From an uncultured bacterium (lineage in GTDB: Bacteria; GCA-001730085): a stretch of DNA of 32,000 bases. Below are positions 8,040-15,158 of this stretch, piece after piece. The stretch covers positions 30,001-62,000 of the forward strand of contig CAZMGY010000003.1 of the NCBI GenBank assembly GCA_964565945.1. The letters are read 5' to 3'. The stretch's first letter is position 1. Each line of letters opens with the position of its first letter. Below the pieces are notes generated by a model. It was not told the origin of the DNA and searched no databases. It was given only the letters and a program-made list of their open reading frames with translations. The translations under genes were made by a program, and so were the position numbers.

Positions 8040-10778
8040 TTATTGGCATGCCTCGCAGTCGAGATCTGTGCTTAAGCATGCTTTGATTTCTGTTTCGACG
8101 GCTACGGGAGCTTCTTGATTTTGGGATATTTCGTTAGCTTGTTTTTTGCTACTAACGGTTTTTCCAATTTGCGAAGCGCCTTTGTTGCGCAAGTAATACG
8201 TTGTTTTTAGACCCAATTCCCACGCGGTTGTGTAAACATCACTGAGTGTTTTTCCGCTGGTGGTGTTGATAAACACATTGGTTGAAGCCGATTGATCAAT
8301 CCATTTGGCTCGTAAGGCCGCAGCCTTAATGGTCCAGAGGGGCTCAATTTCAAAACCCTCTTTGTACTTTTGACGAATGGCCAAAGGAATGTCGGAAATA
8401 TTTTGCACCGACCCATCGTTGAGCTTGATTTGATCCAAAATCGCTTGGTTCCATAAGCCAGCATGTTGCAAGTCGTCAATCATGTTGCGGTTAATTACAA
8501 TGAAATTACCCGAAAGATTTTCTTTCATGTAGATATTTTTGTAGGAGGGTTCGGTGCAAGGCATAACCCCCGCAATGTTGGCGATAGTCGCCGTAGGCGC
8601 AATCGCCATGGTGTTGGAATTGCGCATGCCGTACTCTTTCACATGAGCTTTTACAGGAGCCCAGTTGAGCGATTGCTTTTTGCTGATAGGCAATTCTTGG
8701 CGGCGTTCTTTTTCGAGAAGGGCGAGTGTGTCAAATGGGAAAATGCCACGATCCCATTTGCTGCCTTTGTAAGATTGGTATGTACCACGTTCTTTGGCTA
8801 GCTTGGAGCTTCCTAGAATGGCATAGTACGACACCATTTCCATAGAACGATCCGCGAATTCTAAGTTAGCTTCGGAGTCGAAGTTAATTCCACATTGATA
8901 AAGTGCATCTTGATAACCCATCATGCCCAAGCCAATGGGGCGATGTTTCATATTAGAGTTTTTTGCCTCGGTGGTTGGATAGAAATTGTTATCGATCACA
9001 TTGTCGAGCATACAAATACCTGTTTCGACTGTGCGTGCAATTTTTTCTTCATCCAGGTGGCCATTGTTGATCATGTGCCCCAGGTTAATGCTCGCCAAAT
9101 TGCACACGGCTGTTTCTTCATTGGAGGTGTTGAGTGTGATTTCGGTGCACAAGTTAGACGAATGCACGCGACCGCAATGGTCTTGAGGGTTGCGCACATT
9201 GATTGGATCTTTAAAGGTGAGCCAAGGGTATCCTGTTTCGTAAAGCATAGTGAGATGCTTGCGCCACAGATCACGGGCTTTCATGGTGCGTGCCGAAGAT
9301 AAGTTTTTCGATTCATAATACTCGTAACGCTTGTCGAATTCGGTGCCGTAAAGATCATGCAAGTCAGGAACTTCGGATGGTGAAAATAATGTCCAGTTGC
9401 CATCTGCTTGGACCCGCTTCATAAATAAATCGGGGATCCAGCAGGCGGTGTTGATATCGTGAGCGCGACGGCGTTCATCTCCAGTGTTTTTGCGAAGTTC
9501 GTAAAATTGTTCGATATCGCGATGCCAAACTTCCATATAAGCGGCCATGGCACCTTTGCGTTTCCCTCCTTGGTTAACGGCAAGAGCCACATCGTTAAAG
9601 ATTTTGATGAAGGGGATAACTCCTTGAGAGAGTCCATTGGTACCATGAATTTTAGCTCCAGTGGAACGCACAGAGGTCCAGTCGGTTCCAATTCCTCCAG
9701 CCCATTTACTTAAATTGGCATTGTCTCCAAAGACTTTGAAAATACCATTGAGCGAGTCATCCACAGTATTAATGTAGCAGCTGCTCATTTGGCTATGGGT
9801 TGTTCCACTGTTGAACAGGGTGGGGGTTGATGAAATTAAGTCCATTTGAGAGAGCAACTGGTAAAACTCGATCGCTCGGTTATCTCTGTTAGGTTCTTTT
9901 TGGGCTAAGCCCATGGCAACACGCATCCACATCCATTGAGGAAGTTCGTAAATGGCTTGTTTGTTGCTACGGTCACGCAAGAGGTAACGGTCTTCGAGAA
10001 TTTGGAGGCCCAAATACATAAAAAGACGATCGCGCTTGGCAACCAAAGCCTGAGCAATGGTGTCGAGATTGTATTGATCGAGCACGGGCGAAAGCATATC
10101 AAATTCGATCCCTTTTTGAATGTAAGCGGCAAAATTGTCTTTATAGGCTTGTTCAAGATTGTTCGAGGTGAAGGGTGTTTTGAGAACTTGACTATAAAGC
10201 TTATCAAGCACAATGTGAGCCGAAAAATAAGAGTAGTCATAATGATGCTCAATACGTTCGCGTGCAGCATTGGTCACAACTGCGTGAAAGTCTTTGAGAG
10301 TAATTTTGTCGTAAATATGCTGGTGAATCGAAGTGAGTGCTTCAGGTACCGATACGTGATCGAGGTTGGTCGCAAGTATTTCGAGCTTATGCTGCATCTC
10401 TTCGACATCGTAAAGCGTGTGTTTGCCGTCGGGTAAAACGATCCGCAATTCGCGATTCTTGATTTTAGCCAAAACTTTTTCTTGGCGTTTACGTTTGTGT
10501 TGATCTCTGTAGAGGATGTACTTTTTAGCAATTTTATGATGTCCTTCACGGTTGAGAACTTCCTCAACTGTGTCTTGAGTTGTTTCGACATCTGTGAACC
10601 CTTGGGTTCCCCAGTGCTTGTCAAGGTTGTCAATCACCAGCTGAGTGAGTGTTGCCACCATGGTTTTGTCTGAAATGTTGTCGGACAAAAAGGCTTTGTG
10701 AAGGGCTTGAGCGATGCGGGTGGCGTCAAAGTTAACTTTGCGACCATCACGCTTAACTATATATTGTAGGATTGGCAT
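8040..10778 (-). CDS. nrdA: Ribonucleotide reductase class I large (alpha) subunit with N-terminal ATP-cone
   Basis: ATP-cone (IVKRDGRKVNFDATRIAQAL), active-site SNLCTEI, C-terminal Cys pair (CEAC). AGGAG lies 10 nt upstream of ATG 10778. Confidence 0.95.
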   Translation of the reverse strand: MPILQYIVKRDGRKVNFDATRIAQALHKAFLSDNISDKTMVATLTQLVIDNLDKHWGTQGFTDVETTQDTVEEVLNREGHHKIAKKYILYRDQHKRKRQEKVLAKIKNRELRIVLPDGKHTLYDVEEMQHKLEILATNLDHVSVPEALTSIHQHIYDKITLKDFHAVVTNAARERIEHHYDYSYFSAHIVLDKLYSQVLKTPFTSNNLEQAYKDNFAAYIQKGIEFDMLSPVLDQYNLDTIAQALVAKRDRLFMYLGLQILEDRYLLRDRSNKQAIYELPQWMWMRVAMGLAQKEPNRDNRAIEFYQLLSQMDLISSTPTLFNSGTTHSQMSSCYINTVDDSLNGIFKVFGDNANLSKWAGGIGTDWTSVRSTGAKIHGTNGLSQGVIPFIKIFNDVALAVNQGGKRKGAMAAYMEVWHRDIEQFYELRKNTGDERRRAHDINTACWIPDLFMKRVQADGNWTLFSPSEVPDLHDLYGTEFDKRYEYYESKNLSSARTMKARDLWRKHLTMLYETGYPWLTFKDPINVRNPQDHCGRVHSSNLCTEITLNTSNEETAVCNLASINLGHMINNGHLDEEKIARTVETGICMLDNVIDNNFYPTTEAKNSNMKHRPIGLGMMGYQDALYQCGINFDSEANLEFADRSMEMVSYYAILGSSKLAKERGTYQSYKGSKWDRGIFPFDTLALLEKERRQELPISKKQSLNWAPVKAHVKEYGMRNSNTMAIAPTATIANIAGVMPCTEPSYKNIYMKENLSGNFIVINRNMIDDLQHAGLWNQAILDQIKLNDGSVQNISDIPLAIRQKYKEGFEIEPLWTIKAAALRAKWIDQSASTNVFINTTSGKTLSDVYTTAWELGLKTTYYLRNKGASQIGKTVSSKKQANEISQNQEAPVAVETEIKACLSTDLDCEACQ

Positions 10779-10863
10779 AAAACTTCAACTCCTAATATTC
10801 ATCACATAACGCACATCTTTACATAAATAGTAGTGTAAATGTTGTGACGTTTTCATTTTATCT

Positions 10864-10891
10864 ACTGTAGCAACTCCTAGGAGAGGGTCAA
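10864..10891 (-). promoter_or_regulatory. Candidate nrdAB promoter
   Basis: Minus strand: TTGACC (10891-10886), 16 nt, TACAGT (10869-10864), about 85 nt upstream of nrdA. Confidence 0.3.
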
Positions 10892-11066
10892 GGTTTTTCC
10901 CCTTCCGATGAATGGAAGATGCGAAAAATCAGCCTTGAATCAGGTAGTGCTTAGAGAGCTTGGATAAGTTAAAAGATTGTTAAATTGTGTAACTTGTTGT
11001 TTTAAAGAGATATGGATCAAAAATTTTGATGTGAAGATCTCTAGAGAGCAGTTCGGACAATTTTAA

Positions 11067-11096
11067 TTGACGAAGGCATCCTTTTTTAGGTATAGT
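11067..11096 (+). promoter_or_regulatory. Sigma70-like promoter for tRNA-Val (and possibly thrS operon)
   Basis: TTGACG (11067-11072), 18 nt, TATAGT (11091-11096). The tRNA 5' end is 16 nt downstream. Confidence 0.5.
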
Positions 11097-11111
11097 GTGA
11101 GGTCTTGTTGT

Positions 11112-11185
11112 GGGCGATTAGCGCAGTTGGTTAGCGTGCTATCCCGACATGTTAGAGGTCACTGGTTCGAATCCAGTATCGCCCA
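11112..11185 (+). tRNA. tRNA-Val (anticodon GAC), no encoded CCA
   Basis: Hand-folded cloverleaf. Acceptor GGGCGAT/ATCGCCC (7 bp), D stem GCGC/GCGT, T arm ACTGG-TTCGAAT-CCAGT, variable loop AGGTC, discriminator A. Anticodon arm is CTATC-CCGACAT-GTTAG, with anticodon GAC at 34-36. Oddities are C at position 33 and a U-U mismatch at 30:40. Confidence 0.8.
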
Positions 11186-11227
11186 TAAAAATAAACATAT
11201 TTAATAGATTTAAAAAAGAAATGGTTT

Positions 11228-12988
11228 ATGTCTGAAGAATTGTTGGTAGAAGAGCAGATGACCGACTTAGAGCGGATGCGTCATAGTTTAGCGCATGTGC
11301 TGGCTATTGCGGTTAAAGAATTATTTCCCGAAACCAAAACAGGTATTGGTCCTCCGGTTGAGCATGGGTTTTATTATGATTTCGATCGTCCCGAACCTTT
11401 CACTGAAAAAGATTTGCAAAAAATTGAAAAGCGAATGAAAAAAATCATTGCCCGCAATCAAACCTTCCAGCGTGATGAGCTAGACGTTCCTACGGCCATT
11501 CAGACCTTCAAAGACATGGGTGAAAATTACAAAGTTGATTTGATTGAAGGCATTGTGGCTAAAACTGATGCCGACAAAGTGAGCGTCTATCGCACGGGTG
11601 AATTTTTTGATTTGTGCCGAGGGCCTCATGTGGAGCACACCAAAGATTTGGGCGTGTTTAAACTCACAAATATTGCGGGAGCCTATTGGCGTGGCGATGA
11701 AAACAATGCCATGTTGCAACGGATTTATGCGGTGGCTTTCGAAACCCAAGATGAGTTAGATCAACATTTGGAGATGCTTGAGGAAGCCAAAAAACGCGAT
11801 CACCGTAAATTGGGACGTGAGCTTAAGTTGTTCACCATCAATGAAGATATGGGGTCTGGTTTGATTTTGTATCAGCCCAATGGGATGGTGGTCCGTATGG
11901 CCATCGAAGATTTTGAACGTGAAGAGCATCTCAAGCGCGGCTATTGTCAGGTGATGGGGCCAGGTATTGTGAATACCAATATTTGGAAGATATCGGGGCA
12001 TTATCAAATGGGCTACCCGATGTATCTTTTTGAGATTGATGGTCAAGAGTATGGCATTAGGCCGATGAATTGTCCCGCGCACTTGTTGCTTTTTAAAACC
12101 GAAACACGCAGTTACCGCGATTTGCCTTTGCGTATGTTTGAATTGGGCACGGTGTGTCGCTACGAAAAATCGGGTGTTTTGCATGGTTTGTTGCGAGCTC
12201 GTTCGTTCACTCAGGACGATGCGCATATCTTTTGTTTGCCCGAACAACTCAAAGATGAGATTGTTGGTGTGATGGATTTTGTCAAAACCGTCTTTCAAAC
12301 CTTTGGCTTTGATAATTTCGAAGTGGAGCTGAGCACGCGCCCTGATAAGTCGATTGGTTCGGATGAAAATTGGGATAAAGCGACCTTGTCTTTGGAGGAC
12401 GCTCTTGAGGAATTGCAAATTCCCTATGATATTAATGAGGGTGAGGGGGCTTTTTACGGACCCAAAATCGACATCAAATTGCGCGATGCTTTGAATCGTG
12501 TTTGGCAATGTGCAACAATTCAATGCGATTTTTCTCTTCCCGAGCGGTTTGATATTGCTTATATCGGGTCGGATGGGAAAAAACATAGACCCGTGATGTT
12601 GCATCGTGCTATACTGGGTAGCTTGGAGCGTTTTATGGGGATTTTGATTGAGCATTATGCGGGAGCTTTTCCTGTTTGGTTGGCTCCAGTTCAGGTCAAA
12701 ATTTTACCCATTGCTGACAGGCACCACGATTATGCATATGCTATTGTTAAGTGCTTGTGCGAATTAGGTTTACGTGCCGAAGTTGATGAGCGCAACGAAA
12801 AAATTGGATTTAAAATTCGCGATGCACGAAAGCAACGTTTGCCCTATATGTGGGTGGTTGGTGATCAAGAGGTGGCCAATCATACGGTGGCTGTTCGCCA
12901 AAGGGGCAAGGGCGATCGCGGAGCATTAGCTTTAGACGAAATGGTGGAAGAAGTGTGCGAAGCTCATCGTTCGAAAGCTTTGTGGTGA
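11228..12988 (+). CDS. thrS: Threonine--tRNA ligase (no N-terminal TGS domain)
   Basis: Editing/SAD motif MRHSLAHVLA, class II core with zinc-site context RPMNCPAH, and a C-terminal anticodon-binding domain. At 586 aa it starts where the editing domain begins. Confidence 0.95.
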   Translation: MSEELLVEEQMTDLERMRHSLAHVLAIAVKELFPETKTGIGPPVEHGFYYDFDRPEPFTEKDLQKIEKRMKKIIARNQTFQRDELDVPTAIQTFKDMGENYKVDLIEGIVAKTDADKVSVYRTGEFFDLCRGPHVEHTKDLGVFKLTNIAGAYWRGDENNAMLQRIYAVAFETQDELDQHLEMLEEAKKRDHRKLGRELKLFTINEDMGSGLILYQPNGMVVRMAIEDFEREEHLKRGYCQVMGPGIVNTNIWKISGHYQMGYPMYLFEIDGQEYGIRPMNCPAHLLLFKTETRSYRDLPLRMFELGTVCRYEKSGVLHGLLRARSFTQDDAHIFCLPEQLKDEIVGVMDFVKTVFQTFGFDNFEVELSTRPDKSIGSDENWDKATLSLEDALEELQIPYDINEGEGAFYGPKIDIKLRDALNRVWQCATIQCDFSLPERFDIAYIGSDGKKHRPVMLHRAILGSLERFMGILIEHYAGAFPVWLAPVQVKILPIADRHHDYAYAIVKCLCELGLRAEVDERNEKIGFKIRDARKQRLPYMWVVGDQEVANHTVAVRQRGKGDRGALALDEMVEEVCEAHRSKALW

Positions 12989-13019
12989 TGAATGACTTTT
13001 AGATTAGGAGGATACAGCG

Positions 13020-13547
13020 ATCTCTAAGGCAAAACAAGCGTGTATTGGAACTCAGATCTGTGCGGAAGAAGTTCGAGTGATTGATGATCAGGGGACACAG
13101 TTGGGCGTAATGACATTGTCGGACGCCTTAGATAGAGCCAGTGAATCGGGTCTTGAGCTGGTTGAGGTTTCACCCAACGCAAACCCCCCAGTTTGCCGTA
13201 TTATTGACTACGGTAAGTTTAAATATAAGCAAGAAAAAATGATCAAAGACGCCAAAAAAAAACAGAGTGTGATTGTGGTCAAGGAAGTGCGTCTTCGCCC
13301 GCGGATCGAAGAGCATGACTTTCAAGTGAAATTAAAAAATATTATCCGTTTTCTCGAGCATGGGGATCGCATTAAGGTGACGGTCATGTTTCGCGGTCGT
13401 GAGTTAGGTCATCAAGATGTGGGACGACAGTTATTGGATCGCGTGGTGATTGAGGTTGAAGGAATTGGCTCTGCGGAGCGGCTTCCAGCGATGGAAGGGC
13501 GTATGCTGATCATCTTTTTGGTGCCAGAAAAGAAAGGAAAAAAATAA
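13020..13547 (+). CDS. infC: Translation initiation factor IF-3, probable non-AUG (AUC) start
   Basis: Full IF-3 homology: ..[16 protein letters not shown].., [20 protein letters not shown]. The frame is open from 13008. AGGAGG at 13005-13010 is followed 9 nt later by ATC 13020, giving [20 protein letters not shown], which aligns with IF-3 N-termini. The ORF-track GTG 13077 would delete conserved N-terminal residues. ATT 13044 is an alternative start. Confidence 0.88.
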   Translation: MSKAKQACIGTQICAEEVRVIDDQGTQLGVMTLSDALDRASESGLELVEVSPNANPPVCRIIDYGKFKYKQEKMIKDAKKKQSVIVVKEVRLRPRIEEHDFQVKLKNIIRFLEHGDRIKVTVMFRGRELGHQDVGRQLLDRVVIEVEGIGSAERLPAMEGRMLIIFLVPEKKGKK

Positions 13548-13747
13548 TGCCTAAGATTCGTACAAAGCGTGGTGCAGCCAAGCGTTTTAAGTTAAGCAAA
13601 TCTGGTTTAGTGAAGCGTGGGAAAGCTGGCAAAAGTCATATTTTGACGAAAAAAACAACTAAAACCAAGCGCAAATTACGTGAAAAAGTTGTGGTGGCTT
13701 CGGTTCAAGAAGCGAGAACCATTAAGGCAATGTGTCCTTACCTCTAG
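13547..13747 (+). CDS. rpmI: 50S ribosomal protein L35
   Basis: [15 protein letters not shown]... is the classic L35 N-terminus. The ATG overlaps the infC stop (TAATG). Confidence 0.95.
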   Translation: MPKIRTKRGAAKRFKLSKSGLVKRGKAGKSHILTKKTTKTKRKLREKVVVASVQEARTIKAMCPYL

Positions 13748-13800
13748 ACTGTGTCGACCAGGTTTTAAAATAAGACCCTTTGCAAGCAAGGAGAAAAACA

Positions 13801-14160
13801 ATGCCCAGATCAACCAATGCGGTGGCTTCGCGTCGCCGTCGGAAACGTGTGCTTAAAAAAGCGAAAGGTTATCGCGGAGGCCGTAGTCGCTTGTTTCGTA
13901 CGGCTGTCGAAGCGGTTCGTTGCGGGATGGCGTATTCGTTTGCGCATCGTCGTAAGAAAAAAGGTGACTTTCGTTCCCTATGGGTTACGAGAATCAAAAT
14001 TGCGGCCAATCAACGGGGTTTGAGTTATAACCGTTTGATCCATGGTCTTGCTCAAGCCAATATTGCCCTCAATCGTAAGATGTTGGCGGATGTTGCTGTC
14101 AATGACCCTAAAGGATTTGATTTAATTGTTGAGCAAGTGCAAGCCTCTCTTGCGGCTTAA
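13801..14160 (+). CDS. rplT: 50S ribosomal protein L20
   Basis: MPRSTNAVASRRRRKRVLKKAKGYRG is the classic L20 N-terminus from ATG 13801. AAGGAG at 13788-13793 is 7 nt upstream. The ORF-track start 13780 is a spurious extension. Confidence 0.95.
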   Translation: MPRSTNAVASRRRRKRVLKKAKGYRGGRSRLFRTAVEAVRCGMAYSFAHRRKKKGDFRSLWVTRIKIAANQRGLSYNRLIHGLAQANIALNRKMLADVAVNDPKGFDLIVEQVQASLAA

Positions 14161-14185
14161 AGCAAAGCAAAAATAATCTTATTTG

Positions 14186-14221
14186 AAAAAGCCCCTGATA
14201 TTATATTAGGGGCTTTTTTTA
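14186..14221 (+). terminator. Rho-independent terminator of thrS-infC-rpmI-rplT
   Basis: AAAAAGCCCCT (14186-14196), 11-nt loop, AGGGGCTTTTTTT (14208-14220), 26 nt after the rplT stop. Confidence 0.8.
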
Positions 14222-14251
14222 TGGCATCAGTTATCATCAGTCATTTTAGAG

Positions 14252-14278
14252 CCTTTTCAAGTTCTACAAACGGAATGA
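14252..14278 (+). repeat. 27-bp direct repeat, copy 1 (contains ATG of an 18-codon uORF)
   Basis: CCTTTTCAAGTTCTACAAACGGAATGA matches copy 2 at 24 of 27 positions. Confidence 0.75.
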
Positions 14279-14406
14279 TTGTCTATGATTTCGTTAGTTT
14301 ATGGTCGATATTTTGTCATCTCGCGGCTTGACCGCGGGATCAATATGTCCACGGCTTTTAACAAAGCAATCTCTTCCCAAAGACGACTTAATTTAGGGTA
14401 CAATAA

Positions 14407-14433
14407 CCTTTTTAAGTGCTACAAATGGAATGA
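14407..14433 (+). repeat. 27-bp direct repeat, copy 2 (contains first in-frame ATG of purQ)
   Basis: CCTTTTTAAGTGCTACAAATGGAATGA. Its ATG is at 14430. Confidence 0.75.
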
Positions 14434-15128
14434 AAGAAAGTATTAAGATGAGCAAAAAAGTGCGTTTTGGGATTGTTGTGTTTCCTGGGTCAAATTGCGA
14501 TAGTGATTGTTTTCATGTGATTCAAAATGTTTTAAAGCAAGAAGCGGTTTATTTGTGGCATAAAGATACGGATTTGCAAAATGTTGATGCCGTAGTGTTG
14601 CCTGGGGGGTTTTCGTATGGGGATTATTTGCGTTGTGGCGCAATTGCCCATTGTTCGCCGATTATGGAGTCGATCAAAACCTTTGTCGCCCAAGGTGGTT
14701 TGGTCTTAGGTATTTGCAATGGGTTTCAGGTATTGTTGGAAAGCGGTTTGTTGCCAGGTGCGATGAAACACAATACCTCCCGTAAGTTTATTTGCAAATA
14801 TGTTGATTTGGTGGTCAATTATAATGAGACACCTTTCACCAATCAATATCAGGTGGGTGAGACCATTCGTATTCCCATTGCGCATAATGAAGGCAATTAT
14901 CATCCTGTACCAGGTCAGGAGTCTTTGGCCGAGTCCAAGCGGTTGTTTGCGTATGCAGACAATCCCAATGGGGCGTATGCCGATATTGCGGGCTTAACCA
15001 ACGAACAAGGCAACGTGCTTGGTATGATGCCGCATCCCGAGCGTTGCAGTGAGGCAGATTTATTGGGCGAAGATGGATTTAAGATTTTTCAAAGTATGGT
15101 TGTGCACTTGCAACGTGTTGCCGTGTGA
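14430..15128 (+). CDS. purQ: Phosphoribosylformylglycinamidine synthase, glutamine amidotransferase subunit
   Basis: VRFGIVVFPGSNCD, LPGGFSYGDYLR, nucleophile elbow GICNGFQ, MMPHPER. The start is ambiguous: ATG 14430 or ATG 14448 (MSKKVRFGIV, which fits PurQ N-termini better). Confidence 0.92.
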   Translation: MKESIKMSKKVRFGIVVFPGSNCDSDCFHVIQNVLKQEAVYLWHKDTDLQNVDAVVLPGGFSYGDYLRCGAIAHCSPIMESIKTFVAQGGLVLGICNGFQVLLESGLLPGAMKHNTSRKFICKYVDLVVNYNETPFTNQYQVGETIRIPIAHNEGNYHPVPGQESLAESKRLFAYADNPNGAYADIAGLTNEQGNVLGMMPHPERCSEADLLGEDGFKIFQSMVVHLQRVAV

Positions 15129-15158
15129 TTGAAGACGTTGTTGAGGGGATAAAACATC

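Noticed and set aside
10821-10836. NrdR-box-like sequence ACATAAATAGTAGTGT, plus an imperfect inverted repeat ACATCTTTACA...TGTAAATGT, in the nrdA leader.
   Set aside because: It matches only about 10 of 16 positions of the published NrdR consensus (acaCwAtATaTwGtgt) as I recall it. I could not find the second phased box, roughly 21 or 31-32 bp away, that is typical of NrdR operators. It is too weak to call without a genome-wide motif model.
11756-12655. 299-aa ORF antisense to thrS. Other antisense ORFs inside accA, cysS, nrdA, purL, mfd and the ATPase are similar (e.g. 491-892, 2836-3228, 16320-16853, 25907-26407).
   Set aside because: They lie entirely within strongly supported genes on the opposite strand. 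They have no SD or start context and skewed low-complexity composition (His/Asn/Ile/Phe/Arg-rich). They are best explained as shadow ORFs of the sense-strand codon structure.
14221-14429. Looked for a purine/ZTP riboswitch, or a degraded purS, in the purQ leader.
   Set aside because: The superficial resemblance of CAAGTTCTACAAACGG to the J2/3 region of guanine riboswitches is not backed by P1/P2/P3 helices. No ZTP (pfl) consensus is present. None of the three forward-frame translations resembles PurS.
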